A stretch of 54,110 nucleotides of DNA from Microbacteriaceae bacterium (GCA_021741825.1 JAIOXB010000001.1:1-54110); one strand, 5' to 3'; positions 29,814 through 40,975 are shown, numbered from the stretch's first letter. Program-made: numbers and translations. The notes: generated from the letters alone by a model not told the origin.

Positions 29814-32291
29814 CTAGTCCGCGACCACGATGTTGACGAGTTTGGGGGGTCGAACGATGGTCGTGCGAATCGTCTTTCCCTGCAGCGCTCCTGAAACCGC
29901 CGCGAGGGCCCGCTCGGACAACTCCGCCTCGGAAATGTCGGGCGAAACATCGAGCCGCTCCTTGACCTTGCCGTTGATTTGAACTACGGCGACGATCGTG
30001 TCCTCGACTAAAAGTCTCGCATCCGCAACCGGGAATTCCTGAAGCCCCACGAACGGTTCGTGTCCGAGCAACGACCACATGTCCTCTGCGGCGTGCGGAG
30101 CGAACATCGACAATCCCATCGACACAACCTCGGCCGCTTCGCGCACGGCGGGATCAGCCGGCCCGACTCCCGAGTCAATCTCCTTACGGACGTGATTCAC
30201 GAGGTCCATGAGTCGAGCAATCACGACATTGAACTTGTAACTTTCGACCAGTCCCCCGACGTCAGCGAGGAATTTGTGAGTGAAACGCCGAAGTCCCGCC
30301 GCACCGGTCGATGCGTCGGCACCGACGTCGCTTGTGACGTCTTGTGCCATGCGCCATGCGCGGGCGATGAACTTGTGCGAACCCGTGACGGACACTTCGG
30401 CCCAATCGATGTCGTCCTCGGGCGGACCGGCGAAAGCCATCGTGACACGCACGGCGTCCACACCGAAGTTGTCGAGTTCTTCGCCGAAGAAAACAATGTT
30501 TCCCTTTGATTTGGACATCTTGGCGCCGTCGAGGATGACCATTCCCTGATTCAACAACGCCGTGAAGGGCTCGTCGAAATCGAGATAACCCAGATCAAAC
30601 AAAACCTTGGTGATGAATCGCGCATAAAGCAGGTGCAAGATTGCGTGCTCGACACCGCCGACGTATTGATCGACGGGAGCCCACTTCTTGACCGCCTCGA
30701 CGTCAAACGCCCTGGTGTCATCTCGAGGCGAGAGGAATCGAAGGAAATACCACGATGAATCGACGAAGGTGTCCATCGTGTCGGCGTCACGTTTCGCCGG
30801 ACTTCCGTCGCGCGGGTCGGGAACGTTGACCCAGTCGTCGGCCGCACCGAGCGGCGACGAACCCTTCGGGCGAAGGTCCAAGCCCTCGGTCGGCGGCAGA
30901 AGGACGGGAAGTTGGTCGGCCGGAACCGGGATTTCTTCGCCGTCAGCGCCATGAATAATTGGGATCGGCGTGCCCCAGAATCGCTGTCGCGAAATCAGCC
31001 AGTCACGCAGCCGATAGGTGGTGGCCCCCTTTCCCGTTCCGTCTTTCTCAAGAACCTCGACCATCGCTGCGATCGCGTCGGCCTTGCGGAGGCCGTCAAG
31101 TGGACCCGAATTGATGTGCGGTCCGTCACCGGTTGTCGCGACGAGAGTAACTGCGGGATCGTTTGGTTCGTCCGACGGAACATCCACAACGACTCGAACC
31201 GGAAGGTCGTATTTGAGAGCGAAATCGAGGTCGCGCTGGTCGTGCGCGGGGACGGCCATGATTGCTCCCGAACCGTAATCCGCAAGAACATAATCGGCCG
31301 ACCAAATCGGCACGCGCTCCCCGTTCACCGGGTTGATTGCGAAACACCCGAGGAACACGCCGGTCTTCTCGCGAGTCGCATCCTGTCGCTCGATTTCGGT
31401 CTTCTTTTGAACTTCCTCGAGATACGCCACGAACGCCATCCGAACGGCGGGGTCCGCTTCGGCGACGAGTTCGCTCGCGAGATCGGAATCGGGTGCGACG
31501 ACCATGAACGTCGCTCCGTACAGCGTGTCGGGTCGGGTCGTGAAGACGGGCACAGTGCGGTCGCTGCCGTCCACCGCGAACACCACCTCGGCGCCGCGCG
31601 ATCGTCCAATCCAGTTGCGCTGCATCGTGAGGACCTTTGCCGGCCACGCGCCTTCGAGTCGGTCCAGGTCCGCGAGCAACCGATCCGCGTAATCCGTGAT
31701 GCGGAAGTACCACTGCGTGAGCTTCTTCTTGACGACCGTTGCGCCACTGCGTTCGCTCGTGCCGTCGGGCAAGACCTGCTCGTTCGCGAGGACCGTCTGG
31801 TCTACCGGGTCCCAGTTGACCCACGAGTCCTTGCGATACGCCAAACCCTTTTTGTAGAGCTCGAGGAACAGCCACTGGTTCCACTTGTAATACTCGGGGT
31901 CCGAGGTGTGCAACACACGCGACCAGTCGAAGGACGCCGCGTATCGTTTCATCGACGCGCGTTGCTGAGCGATGTTCTCGTAGGTCCAGTCGCGCGGGTT
32001 CACACCCCGCTTGATGGCCGCGTTTTCGGCCGGAAGTCCGAAGGAATCCCACCCGATGGGGTGCAGAACCTGATACCCGCGAAGGCGCCAATACCGCGCG
32101 AGGACGTCGCCGAGCGCATAGACCTCGGCGTGGCCCATGTGCAGGTCACCCGAGGGGTACGGGAACATGTCCAAGATGTACTTGTGCGGGCGAGGGTCGT
32201 CCCCGTCGGGGACATCGAAGGGTCGTTCGGATTCCCACACGGGCGCCCACTTCGCTTCTACCCGGCGGAAATCGTATTCGTTCTCGTCCAC
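29814..32291 (-). CDS. leuS: Leucine--tRNA ligase
   Basis: [13 protein letters not shown] (HIGH-type) and KMSKS motifs. Confidence 0.98.
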   Translation of the reverse strand: MDENEYDFRRVEAKWAPVWESERPFDVPDGDDPRPHKYILDMFPYPSGDLHMGHAEVYALGDVLARYWRLRGYQVLHPIGWDSFGLPAENAAIKRGVNPRDWTYENIAQQRASMKRYAASFDWSRVLHTSDPEYYKWNQWLFLELYKKGLAYRKDSWVNWDPVDQTVLANEQVLPDGTSERSGATVVKKKLTQWYFRITDYADRLLADLDRLEGAWPAKVLTMQRNWIGRSRGAEVVFAVDGSDRTVPVFTTRPDTLYGATFMVVAPDSDLASELVAEADPAVRMAFVAYLEEVQKKTEIERQDATREKTGVFLGCFAINPVNGERVPIWSADYVLADYGSGAIMAVPAHDQRDLDFALKYDLPVRVVVDVPSDEPNDPAVTLVATTGDGPHINSGPLDGLRKADAIAAMVEVLEKDGTGKGATTYRLRDWLISRQRFWGTPIPIIHGADGEEIPVPADQLPVLLPPTEGLDLRPKGSSPLGAADDWVNVPDPRDGSPAKRDADTMDTFVDSSWYFLRFLSPRDDTRAFDVEAVKKWAPVDQYVGGVEHAILHLLYARFITKVLFDLGYLDFDEPFTALLNQGMVILDGAKMSKSKGNIVFFGEELDNFGVDAVRVTMAFAGPPEDDIDWAEVSVTGSHKFIARAWRMAQDVTSDVGADASTGAAGLRRFTHKFLADVGGLVESYKFNVVIARLMDLVNHVRKEIDSGVGPADPAVREAAEVVSMGLSMFAPHAAEDMWSLLGHEPFVGLQEFPVADARLLVEDTIVAVVQINGKVKERLDVSPDISEAELSERALAAVSGALQGKTIRTTIVRPPKLVNIVVAD

Positions 32292-32329
32292 GGAACCCTT
32301 TCACAGCGCGCACACGCGCGTTCCCAATT

Positions 32330-33610
32330 CTATTCCGTGTAGAGGTAGGGGTTCGGCGAGGCTCCGAGCACACCGAGCATCGCTGCGGCCTTGACTCCGA
32401 CCTCGATGATCTCTTGGTCCGAAACCGATCCCGACGTGATTCCGCCCCCGACTCCGATGTGAGCGCCGCTGTCGTCGACGACAATCGACCGAATGGTCAT
32501 CGCGAGGGTCAGATTGCCTCCACCGGCATAGCCAAATGCGCCGGCGTACATTCCACGTTCGGCGGATTCCAGTCGCTCCAGAATCTGCACGGCGCTGCGC
32601 TTGGGCGCTCCGGTCATCGACCCAGCGGGGAACAGGGCCCGCGCCGCATCCGCCGCCGAGCATTCGGGCAACAATTCCCCGGTGACAGTGCTGACCAATT
32701 GGTGAACGGTCGAATAGGTTTCGACACGGTGCAGGGACGTCACGTTAACTGTCCCCGGCTCGCACACTTGAGACAGGTCGTTACGGCACAAATCGACAAT
32801 CATCAGGTTCTCGGCCCGCTCTTTTTCCGACGTCTCCAACTCGCGCTTGAGAAGATAGTCCTCCGCCGGGTCCATGCTGCGCGGGCGGGTGCCCTTGATT
32901 GGGCTCGTTGTTGCGTGTCGACCGCGAACAGTGAAATACGTCTCGGGCGATGCACTGAGCAGGCTGATCCTGCCGATTCGCACGAACGCCGCGTTTCGCG
33001 TGGGAGCAACCGTTCGAAGCGCACAGTAGGTTTCGACCACGTCCACCTCGCCGTATACGTCGATTCCGGTCGTGAGACACAACTGATAAGCGTCACCGTT
33101 GCGGATGTGCGTGAGGCACTCATCGATGTACCCCGCATAAGTCGCCGGATCGTCGCGCCAGATTGCGGTGCGGACTGGAGCGCGCGGTGGTTCCGGCGCG
33201 ACCTGGCCGCCCAAGGACTCGACGGCAGAAACCAATTCGTCGAACTCGGCATCGCGCTGAAGTCCGATCACTGTTACCTCGTTGTCGCGGTGATCGACCT
33301 CGATTGCGAGGCGAACGGACAGCACTGTCGAGCGCGGCTGCGGCTCGATTCCGACTTCGACCCCCAGTGACTCGGCGCGAGCTCCGTAACCAATCCAACC
33401 GACACGCGAGACGGGAAAGTCGTCGGCCGTCGCGAAAGCAGAGAAGGAATCGGCGGTCTCGATGCGGGTGCCGACACCCAGATACGACACGGTTTCCGAC
33501 AACGAATCGTCGAGCCAGAAACCGCCGTCGCAATCGGCAATCAGAGTTCGAAAGATGACAACCGGATCAACGCGTGCGGCAATAACGTGCCGAACGTATC
33601 CCTCTGTCAT
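32330..33610 (-). CDS. pabB: Chorismate-binding enzyme, aminodeoxychorismate synthase component I-like
   Basis: SPE, PIKGT, KERAENLMIVDL and PAGSMTGAPK motifs. Start re-called to ATG 33610. PIKGT and the adjacent class IV enzyme favour PabB over TrpE. Confidence 0.75.
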   Translation of the reverse strand: MTEGYVRHVIAARVDPVVIFRTLIADCDGGFWLDDSLSETVSYLGVGTRIETADSFSAFATADDFPVSRVGWIGYGARAESLGVEVGIEPQPRSTVLSVRLAIEVDHRDNEVTVIGLQRDAEFDELVSAVESLGGQVAPEPPRAPVRTAIWRDDPATYAGYIDECLTHIRNGDAYQLCLTTGIDVYGEVDVVETYCALRTVAPTRNAAFVRIGRISLLSASPETYFTVRGRHATTSPIKGTRPRSMDPAEDYLLKRELETSEKERAENLMIVDLCRNDLSQVCEPGTVNVTSLHRVETYSTVHQLVSTVTGELLPECSAADAARALFPAGSMTGAPKRSAVQILERLESAERGMYAGAFGYAGGGNLTLAMTIRSIVVDDSGAHIGVGGGITSGSVSDQEIIEVGVKAAAMLGVLGASPNPYLYTE

Positions 33611-33625
33611 AGCCTTTACTCTATG
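33608..33625. promoter_or_regulatory. Bidirectional leaderless promoter
   Basis: CATAGCCTTTACTCTATG reads TAGCCT-N7-ATG on the plus strand and TAGAGT-N7-ATG on the minus strand. Confidence 0.65.
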
Positions 33626-34414
33626 GTCGAGCCGAGGGTTTTCCGATGGGCGAATGGTTCCGTCGTTGAAGAGGACTGGTGCGACCCTCATGCCGGATCG
33701 ATTCGGGTTGCCGATTCGTGGCTTGTGGTCGACGGTTGTGCCGTATCGCTCGAACGGCATCTCGAACGATTCGCGACTTCGCTCGCGGCCGTGGATTCCG
33801 CCCTGGATGCCCGAGCATTCGCGGCCGACGCCATCGCCATGATTCCTGCCGACGGACGATGGTTTCCGCGCCTTGAGGCGATCGATTACGGCGAAGGCGC
33901 TTTGCTGCGATTCCACCTTCGGCAGGCTCCCACAGCTCTCACCGACGTCACCCTGGCGACCGCATCTCGCGACCCTCGAACTCAAACGAATGTGAAGGGC
34001 CCCGATCTCGCCGCGCTGGGTGCCCTTCGACGGGAACTCGACGTCGGCGAGGCCGTCATTCTCGACGACGGATTCATCGCCGAGGGGGCGTGGTCGTCGA
34101 TTGTGTGGTGGCAAGACGACACCCTCCACGTCGTCGATTCCAGCATCCCTCGTCTGCCCGGAGTCACCGAACCCACAATTCGCGCCCACGTGGAGTTCAT
34201 CGGCGCACCCGTTGTCGCGGCGACAGTCCGACCGGAAGACCTCGACGGAGCCGAGGTGTGGGCGCTATCCGCTCTGCACGGAATCCGCGTAGTTACCGAG
34301 TGGCGAGATGGACCCGCCGTTCACATCGAACCAGGTCGGGTCGACTACTGGCGTCAGCAATACCTTAATCGTCGCCAGCTGTGGAGCTCGGAACAGGTAC
34401 GCTCACAGTCATGA
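33623..34414 (+). CDS. pabC: Class IV PLP enzyme, aminodeoxychorismate lyase-like
   Basis: HLERF, KGPDL, EGAWSS and LPGVT motifs; divergent from pabB. Confidence 0.65.
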   Translation: MVEPRVFRWANGSVVEEDWCDPHAGSIRVADSWLVVDGCAVSLERHLERFATSLAAVDSALDARAFAADAIAMIPADGRWFPRLEAIDYGEGALLRFHLRQAPTALTDVTLATASRDPRTQTNVKGPDLAALGALRRELDVGEAVILDDGFIAEGAWSSIVWWQDDTLHVVDSSIPRLPGVTEPTIRAHVEFIGAPVVAATVRPEDLDGAEVWALSALHGIRVVTEWRDGPAVHIEPGRVDYWRQQYLNRRQLWSSEQVRSQS

Positions 34415-35052
34415 ATGCCTTCCTCGATTGGTTTCTCAGCGGAGTCGGATCCGTCGACCCGGTGCTCCGCGTTGGGCTGGCTGGTCTCGCCATCATGCTC
34501 GAAACGAGCGTCCTCGTCGGACTCGTGATCCCGGGCGATACCGTCGTTCTTGTGGCCGCGACCGGCACCGCGTCAACCGAGGAATACATCGCGCTGATTG
34601 TGGTCATCATCATCGGTGCACTGATCGGCGAGAGCATCGGATTTGCGCTCGGGCACGCATTTGGTCCGGCCATCCAACACTCGAAGGTCGGCAAATGGGT
34701 TGGTCACAAAAACTGGAAGGCCGCCGAACGCTTTCTCGAGCACCGAGGCGGATGGGCGATTTTCATTTCGCGGTTCTTACCCGTTCTGCACAGCATCGTC
34801 CCGTTGACCGCAGGAATCACGGGCATGGATTACCGACGGTTTATTGCGTGGACTGCACCAGCGTGCACGCTGTGGGCGATCGCGTATGTGACGGTCGGAC
34901 GTACCGCCGCTCTGACCTATGAACAGCTGAGCCAGAGTCTGCACTTCGCAGGCTTCATCTTTGCGGGGATTATCGTCCTCTTCATCGTCGTTATGGCGTT
35001 AGTGAAGAAATCCCTGGAGCGCTATACCAAGCACCACCACGACGACGACTAG
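34411..35052 (+). CDS. DedA-family membrane protein
   Basis: LETSVLVGLVIPGDT and SRFLPVLHS motifs. ATGA overlap with the upstream gene. Confidence 0.92.
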   Translation: MNAFLDWFLSGVGSVDPVLRVGLAGLAIMLETSVLVGLVIPGDTVVLVAATGTASTEEYIALIVVIIIGALIGESIGFALGHAFGPAIQHSKVGKWVGHKNWKAAERFLEHRGGWAIFISRFLPVLHSIVPLTAGITGMDYRRFIAWTAPACTLWAIAYVTVGRTAALTYEQLSQSLHFAGFIFAGIIVLFIVVMALVKKSLERYTKHHHDDD

Positions 35053-35690
35053 TTCGCGAGGCCGGACAACGACGCGACCGACGCCCGTGCGGCATCGACA
35101 AACACGGCGTCGCCTCGGTCATCATTGAAAAAGGCACGAGCGAGCAATGCGTCCACCGTGACCAGCGATTTCTCTATTTCCAGAACAGTCGCGGCGTTGT
35201 TCGCAAAACCGAAGCGAACGCTGAGCTGTTCCGTCATCGTGCGGGCGGCCGTGGTGAGACGAGATTCACGATTTCGAGGCCGAATGTCGAGCACGTCGCC
35301 CAGGCGAAGTGAACGAAAGCCGGGTTCTGTTCGGAACATTTCGAGATACATATTGAACATCACGTCCATCGCGGCGTTGGGTTCCGCGCCCGTTACCTGC
35401 TCGAGCGAGTCGCGGAATCGTCGATCGGTGCGTTCGAGGTTCCGAATCGCGAGAGCCTCCAGCAACGTGACGCGGTCTTCGAAGTAGCGGTAGACGGTTC
35501 CGATCGAGGCACCGGCTGCTTCGGCAACATTCGCCGTGGTGAGCTCTTCGTAACCTTTGTCATGAACAACCTTGGCTGCCGCGTCCAAAAGGGCCGTGAC
35601 TCGCGCGTTGCTGCGTGCCTGAACCGGCGTGTTGATAAGGAGTCCCGATTTGAATAATTCTTCGCTTGCCGGGATGTGTTGGATTGGCAA
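35049..35690 (-). CDS. TetR/AcrR-family regulator (start uncertain)
   Basis: PVQARS...LTTANVAEAAGASIGTVYRYFED HTH. Confidence 0.88.
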   Translation of the reverse strand: MPIQHIPASEELFKSGLLINTPVQARSNARVTALLDAAAKVVHDKGYEELTTANVAEAAGASIGTVYRYFEDRVTLLEALAIRNLERTDRRFRDSLEQVTGAEPNAAMDVMFNMYLEMFRTEPGFRSLRLGDVLDIRPRNRESRLTTAARTMTEQLSVRFGFANNAATVLEIEKSLVTVDALLARAFFNDDRGDAVFVDAARASVASLSGLAN

Positions 35691-35837
35691 TTTACTTTTC
35701 CTTGTTAGTGGGTGGCTAGCTAAATTTTCGAAGAATAAAACCTGTAGCGGCAAAGGTATCAGAGTAGTCTAAGAATGTGCCCTACGTGTTAGCAACTAAC
35801 TGAAAAACCGTCGAGTTAGACCAAGCCGATAGTCTTG

Positions 35838-36887
35838 ATGACAATGCCACCCGAAACGACCCCTACCGCCAAAATGCATATCGCGGCACGAATCGAAGAT
35901 GCGTACACTGCTTTTCGTGCGAGATCTGCTCGTGCATCAGGGCAACTCCCAACCGTAGTCGCTTTTCGTGGCTACGGAACTGCCAGCTCGATTCGCATTC
36001 TTGCGCGAGTGTTGTACATCAACCCCGACCCACGCACTCACAAGGTTCGAAAATATGTCCGTGGATGGCGGGCATTCACAGGAGTGCCTGTTGCCCACAC
36101 CAAAGTTACGGTCAAAATCGGCAACCACAAGTTCAAGGTAAAGAGCGACCGCGGCGGAGTGATTGATGCGAGCTTGCCCGTGAACTTGCCCGTCGGACTT
36201 CATACCGTGCTCATGCGCGTCACCAAAGGGAACGGCTGGGCCTCGAGCGACGTCACGGTAGTCGACATATCAACGACTGTCGGTGTTGTCTGCGACATTG
36301 ATGACACGGTCATGGTCACGGCGCTTCCCCGACTTCTATTGGCGGCGTGGAATACGTTTGTGCTGGACGAGCACGCTCGGCGACCGGTGCCGGGAATGGC
36401 CGTGTTCCTCAACAAATTGGGCTCGTTCTATTCCGGGGCGCCAGTGATGTACCTGTCCACCGGACCGTGGAACGTTGCCCCCACTCTTGAGCGCTTCCTG
36501 TCTCGTCACATGTACCCCCGCGGGCCTCTCTTGTTGACCGACTGGGGAGCGACACCCGATCGAATCTTCCGAAGCGGCCGTGCACACAAAGTCAACAGTC
36601 TCGATCGACTAGTCGCAGAGTTTCCGAACATCAAATGGATCCTGATTGGCGATGACGGTCAGCACGACGAGACAACATATGGCGATTTCGCCCGCCGACA
36701 CCCCGACCACATCCTTGGTGTCGGGATTCGGCGCCTCTCTCGTCCGGAGGCCGTCCTCGCGGGCGCTCCGATAACCCACCCCGACCCGGTCCCCGGGCTC
36801 CCCTGGGTGTACGGACATGATGGCGCGGAACTCGCGGAAAACTTTTTTGACGCCGGGTTACTCGGCGGAACCTTGCGCCACCGCTAA
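35838..36887 (+). CDS. App1/DUF2183 phosphatidate phosphatase-like HAD protein
   Basis: DIDDTV, YLSTGPWN and LIGDDGQHD motifs. Start 35838 or 35844. Confidence 0.85.
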   Translation: MTMPPETTPTAKMHIAARIEDAYTAFRARSARASGQLPTVVAFRGYGTASSIRILARVLYINPDPRTHKVRKYVRGWRAFTGVPVAHTKVTVKIGNHKFKVKSDRGGVIDASLPVNLPVGLHTVLMRVTKGNGWASSDVTVVDISTTVGVVCDIDDTVMVTALPRLLLAAWNTFVLDEHARRPVPGMAVFLNKLGSFYSGAPVMYLSTGPWNVAPTLERFLSRHMYPRGPLLLTDWGATPDRIFRSGRAHKVNSLDRLVAEFPNIKWILIGDDGQHDETTYGDFARRHPDHILGVGIRRLSRPEAVLAGAPITHPDPVPGLPWVYGHDGAELAENFFDAGLLGGTLRHR

Positions 36888-37939
36888 CGCGCGGGAACCG
36901 CCGCCAGCATGTCGCGAACGAGCGGGACTACCTTGCTGCCGTACAACTCGATTGACGACATGAGCTGCGAGTGCGGCATCGGTCCGTTGGAATACTTGAG
37001 ATCGAACTGCTGGGCGCCGACGGATGAAAGCGCGTGTGCGATCTTCCGTGCAACCGTCTCGGGTGACCCGGCGTAAACCGAACCGTGGGTTACCTCGCCC
37101 ATGAAGTGTTCTTTCGTGATGGGGCCCCAGCCTCGCTCGCGGCCGATACGACCGAACGACGCGACGTAGTGAGGCCACAATTCTTCGGCGGCCTGTTCGT
37201 CGGTCTCTGCGATGTGCCCCGGTGAGTGGATCGCGATGGGCAATTCGTCCCGTCCGAACGCCTGTAATTGGTCCCGATACAACTTCGCGAATGGAGCGAA
37301 GCGCGCCGGGTCGCCGCCGATGATGGCAAGTGCCATCGGGATACCCAGACGAGCGGCACGCACGACGGACTCAGGGCTGCCGCCGACCCCGACGCGCAAT
37401 CCGATTCGCCCGTTTTCCGTCTTGGGGTAAACCTCTTGGTTTGCCAGCGGTGCACGGGTGGTTCCCGACCAGGTGACGGGCTTCTCCTCGAGAAGTTGAA
37501 CGAGCAGTTCGAGCTTCTCGTCGAATAGCGCGTGGTAGTCGTTGAGGTTGAACCCGAACAGGGGGAACGATTCGGTAAACGAGCCTCGACCCGCGGTGAT
37601 CTCGGCGCGACCGTTCGACAGCGCATCGATGGTGGCGAAGCGCTGGTAAACCCGGACCGGGTCTTCGCTCGATAACACGGTGACACCCGTCCCGAGGATG
37701 ATCGACGACGTGCGGGTTGCGATGCCCGCGAGCACCGTGTCCGGGGCACTCACGGCGAAATCGTCACGGTGGTGTTCGCCGATGTGGATCGCGTGAATTC
37801 CCAATGAATCGGCGAGGACGGCCTGTTCAACGAGATTCCGCAGGACCTGTCCAGCGGTCTCTGGGGTTCCGTCGTCCTTGAACGTCATGTCGCCGAACGT
37901 GTCGAGCCCGAACTTGATGTCGTCGATGTTTGTCGTCAT
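36884..37939 (-). CDS. LLM-class flavin-dependent oxidoreductase
   Basis: GEHHRDDF, VLSSEDPVR and GRGSFTESFPLFG motifs. Confidence 0.92.
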   Translation of the reverse strand: MTTNIDDIKFGLDTFGDMTFKDDGTPETAGQVLRNLVEQAVLADSLGIHAIHIGEHHRDDFAVSAPDTVLAGIATRTSSIILGTGVTVLSSEDPVRVYQRFATIDALSNGRAEITAGRGSFTESFPLFGFNLNDYHALFDEKLELLVQLLEEKPVTWSGTTRAPLANQEVYPKTENGRIGLRVGVGGSPESVVRAARLGIPMALAIIGGDPARFAPFAKLYRDQLQAFGRDELPIAIHSPGHIAETDEQAAEELWPHYVASFGRIGRERGWGPITKEHFMGEVTHGSVYAGSPETVARKIAHALSSVGAQQFDLKYSNGPMPHSQLMSSIELYGSKVVPLVRDMLAAVPAR

Positions 37940-37974
37940 ACCTGTTCCCAGTTGTGTCGCGGTCAAGTTATTCC

Positions 37975-38610
37975 CTAGGGCTGCAATCGGGTGACGTTCC
38001 AGACATCACCGTCGCGCTCGAAAGCGATGCGGTCGTGCATTCGATTCGAACGACCCTTCCAGAATTCCATTCGGGTCGGGACGATTCGATAACCACCCCA
38101 GTGTTCCGGTCGGGGCACGGTGTCGTCGTTCGCGAAGCGTTGGGTGGTGTCCTCGTATTGCTGGTCGAGCGCATCACGCGACTGGATCGGACGGGATTGT
38201 TCACTCGCCCAGGCGGCGAGCTGTGATCCGCGCGGTCGTGAATCGAAATACTCATCCGAATCGGTCACCGAGACGCGCTCGGCGCGACCTTCGATGATGA
38301 CCTGGCGGTACATCGAATACCAGCCGAAGACGGCAGTGACATCCGACCCACCACCGATTGCGTCACCCTTGCGCGACAGATAATTGGTCGCGAACAACAG
38401 TCCCGAATCGAGGCCCTTCAACAGAACTGTTCGAGCCGAGGGTCGCCCCGTGGAATCGATCGTGCCGAGAACGAATGCGTTGGGTTCGTAGATCTCGGCT
38501 TGTTCGGCATCCACCAACCAGGCCGCGAGCTGCGCGAGTGGGTCACTGACCATGTCGGTCTCGCGTAATGAGGCTTGGCCGTAGTCTTCGTGACGCGAAA
38601 GAGAATCCAT
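37975..38610 (-). CDS. pdxH: Pyridoxamine 5'-phosphate oxidase
   Basis: RTVLLK, SRPRGSQ, WAS-QS and EFWKGRSNRMHDR motifs. Confidence 0.95.
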   Translation of the reverse strand: MDSLSRHEDYGQASLRETDMVSDPLAQLAAWLVDAEQAEIYEPNAFVLGTIDSTGRPSARTVLLKGLDSGLLFATNYLSRKGDAIGGGSDVTAVFGWYSMYRQVIIEGRAERVSVTDSDEYFDSRPRGSQLAAWASEQSRPIQSRDALDQQYEDTTQRFANDDTVPRPEHWGGYRIVPTRMEFWKGRSNRMHDRIAFERDGDVWNVTRLQP

Positions 38611-38634
38611 GCGTCTATCTTCGCATCAGCGCGA

Positions 38635-39381
38635 CTAGACGCGAAGTCGGCGCGATATCTCGGTGGCGGTCGCCTGTGCCTCGCGGGCGAGTTGTTCAAC
38701 ACCGACGGTGCCCTCGGGGAACGTCAGCGCGATCGATGCGAGCGGCCATCCGACCCGATCGAGAACCGGGACGGCCACCGACTCAAAACCGGCGGTGATT
38801 TCCCCGTGTTCTGTTGCAAATCCGCGTTCCCGCGCCAGCCGCAACACTTCGCGCAGTCCGCGCCGGGTCAGTGCGACGTCTCCTCGGCTGGTCAACGATT
38901 CGTCGTTCGGGTACAGCGCAAGAACCTGTTCGCGTGACATCGCCGCGAGCATTGAGCGACCGCTTGCCGTGAGATGCGCGGGAAGTCGAACACCGACGTC
39001 GGTGATAAGGGATGGTCGGTCGGGCGCCCGGCCTTCGACAACGTAGACAACATCCCGACCGTGCAATACGGCCAGGTGGGCGTTCTCCCCGACCGAATCA
39101 GCCAATCGGGTGATGAGGTTTCGGCCGACCAGTGCCAGTGGTTGTTGTCGCAAGTAGCCGGTCCCGAGGTCATGCGTTGCAACCCCGAGCGCCCAGCGAC
39201 GGTCACCGTTGACGACATAACCGTGGTCGAGCAGCGTGGTGAGCAGGTGATACGTCGTCGATCGCGGCAAATCGAGTGCCGTGGCGATGGTCGTGGCGGG
39301 AACACTTCCGCGCTGACGCGCGAGAAAACTGAGAATGCGAAGCGCGCCATCCGCTGCGGGCACTTGCACTTTGTCTGGCAT
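38635..39381 (-). CDS. IclR-family regulator of hut genes (HutR-like)
   Basis: LDLPRSTTYHLL HTH and VGVRLPAHLTASGR; divergent from hutH. Start re-called to ATG 39381. Confidence 0.88.
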   Translation of the reverse strand: MPDKVQVPAADGALRILSFLARQRGSVPATTIATALDLPRSTTYHLLTTLLDHGYVVNGDRRWALGVATHDLGTGYLRQQPLALVGRNLITRLADSVGENAHLAVLHGRDVVYVVEGRAPDRPSLITDVGVRLPAHLTASGRSMLAAMSREQVLALYPNDESLTSRGDVALTRRGLREVLRLARERGFATEHGEITAGFESVAVPVLDRVGWPLASIALTFPEGTVGVEQLAREAQATATEISRRLRV

Positions 39382-39389
39382 ACCAGACA
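39372..39389. promoter_or_regulatory. HutR-type operator palindrome
   Basis: TGTCTGG-CATA-CCAGACA. The core resembles the corynebacterial HutR site TCTGwwATwCCAGA (from memory). Overlaps the regulator's ATG. Confidence 0.75.
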
Positions 39390-39442
39390 GAATACCGCTG
39401 TGGACCAATGACAGGCTCGCGCGCGGGGTGTGTAATCGAGAC

Positions 39443-40975
39443 ATGGTCGTCATCATGGGAATTGGTCCGCTCACCGACAACGAGCTCATCCGCATTTCGC
39501 GCCACGGAGACACCGTCGAGCTCGATGTCGCAGCCGTCACGAACGTTGCCACGACCCGCACCGCGATCGAAGCGCTGGCGAACGATCCTGACCCGCACTA
39601 CGGAATCTCGACTGGTTTCGGCGCGCTGGCAACCACCTTTATTCCGGGGGGCCAACGAGCTCAACTGCAACGTTCACTCATCCGTTCACACGCTGCCGGA
39701 ACCGGACCCGAAATCGAGACCGAAGTCATCCGCGGATTGATGGCGCAACGTCTATCGACGCTCATGACCGGTCGAACCGGCGTTCGCCCTGTCGTGGTCG
39801 AAACATATGCCGCCGTCTTGAACGCAGGGCTTACCCCCATCGTCTACGAGTACGGATCGCTCGGTTGCTCTGGCGACCTCGCCCCGCTCGCCCACTGCGC
39901 ACTCGTGCTCATGGGCGAGGGACGCGTTCGAAACCGCGCCGGTGACGCACTCGATTCCGCCGACGCACTCACCGCCGCCGGAATCACGCCCGTTGAACTC
40001 CGCGAGAAAGAGGGCCTCGCCCTCATCAACGGAACCGACGGCATGACCGCGATGCTTGTCCTGGCAATCGAGGACATGCGTCACCTGTTGCGTGTCGCCG
40101 ACATCGCTCTGTCGATATCGGTTGAGGGACTTCTCGCGACCGACAAGGTGTTCGCCGATGACCTGATGATACTGCGTCCGCACCCCGGTCAACGGGCGTC
40201 CGCCAGTAACGTTCGTGCGTTGCTTGACGGGAGCCCGCTCGTCGCTAGCCACGCGGGACCCGACGACCTGCGCGTCCAAGATGCCTACTCGATTCGATGT
40301 GCGCCGCAGGTACACGGCGCCGCCCGCGACACGGTCGATCACGCCGAGCGCGTGGCCCGCCTCGAATTGGCGTCGGCGATCGACAACCCCGTCGTCACGC
40401 TCGATTACCGCGTCGAATCGAACGGGAACTTCCACGGCGCACCTGTCGGATACGTCCTCGACTTTCTTGCGATCGCCGTTGCCGACGTTGCCTCGATGAG
40501 CGAACGTCGAACCGACCGGTTCCTCGACCAGACGCGAAGCTATGGGCTTCCCCCGTTCCTCGCGCACGAGGCCGGCGTGGACAGTGGCTTGATGATTGCG
40601 CAGTACACCGCGGCCGGAATCGTCAGTGAACTGAAGCGCTTGGCGATGCCCGCCTCGGTCGACTCGATTCCGTCTTCCGCGATGCAAGAAGACCACGTGT
40701 CGATGGGCTGGGCCGCTGGGCGCAAGCTCCGTCGGGCGATCGACGGTCTCTCGCGCGTTCTTGCCATCGAACTCCTTACCGCTGCGCGGGGTGCCGCGTT
40801 GCGCGACGCGAAAGCATCCGCAGCCACGGGGCCCGTTGTTGACCTCGTCAACGCGGCCTCCGGAGGTCCCGGCCCCGACCGATTCCTCTCCCCCGAGATT
40901 GACGCCGTTGTCGCACTCGTCCAATCAGGACAGATTCTTGCGACAGCGGAAAAGACCACCGGAACACTCGACTAA
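39443..40975 (+). CDS. hutH: Histidine ammonia-lyase
   Basis: [20 protein letters not shown] (MIO), [17 protein letters not shown] and QEDHVSMG motifs. Confidence 0.96.
   Translation: MVVIMGIGPLTDNELIRISRHGDTVELDVAAVTNVATTRTAIEALANDPDPHYGISTGFGALATTFIPGGQRAQLQRSLIRSHAAGTGPEIETEVIRGLMAQRLSTLMTGRTGVRPVVVETYAAVLNAGLTPIVYEYGSLGCSGDLAPLAHCALVLMGEGRVRNRAGDALDSADALTAAGITPVELREKEGLALINGTDGMTAMLVLAIEDMRHLLRVADIALSISVEGLLATDKVFADDLMILRPHPGQRASASNVRALLDGSPLVASHAGPDDLRVQDAYSIRCAPQVHGAARDTVDHAERVARLELASAIDNPVVTLDYRVESNGNFHGAPVGYVLDFLAIAVADVASMSERRTDRFLDQTRSYGLPPFLAHEAGVDSGLMIAQYTAAGIVSELKRLAMPASVDSIPSSAMQEDHVSMGWAAGRKLRRAIDGLSRVLAIELLTAARGAALRDAKASAATGPVVDLVNAASGGPGPDRFLSPEIDAVVALVQSGQILATAEKTTGTLD

Noticed and set aside
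33611-34189. Apparent 193-aa N-terminal extension of PabB (619-aa ORF), suggesting a fusion
   Set aside because: The extension is the antisense of the pabC-like gene. The plausible start is ATG 33610.
35691-35834. AT-rich stretch between the TetR and App1-like genes as a possible sRNA or foreign insert
   Set aside because: It is adequately explained as a divergent promoter region. No convincing structure or repeat was seen.
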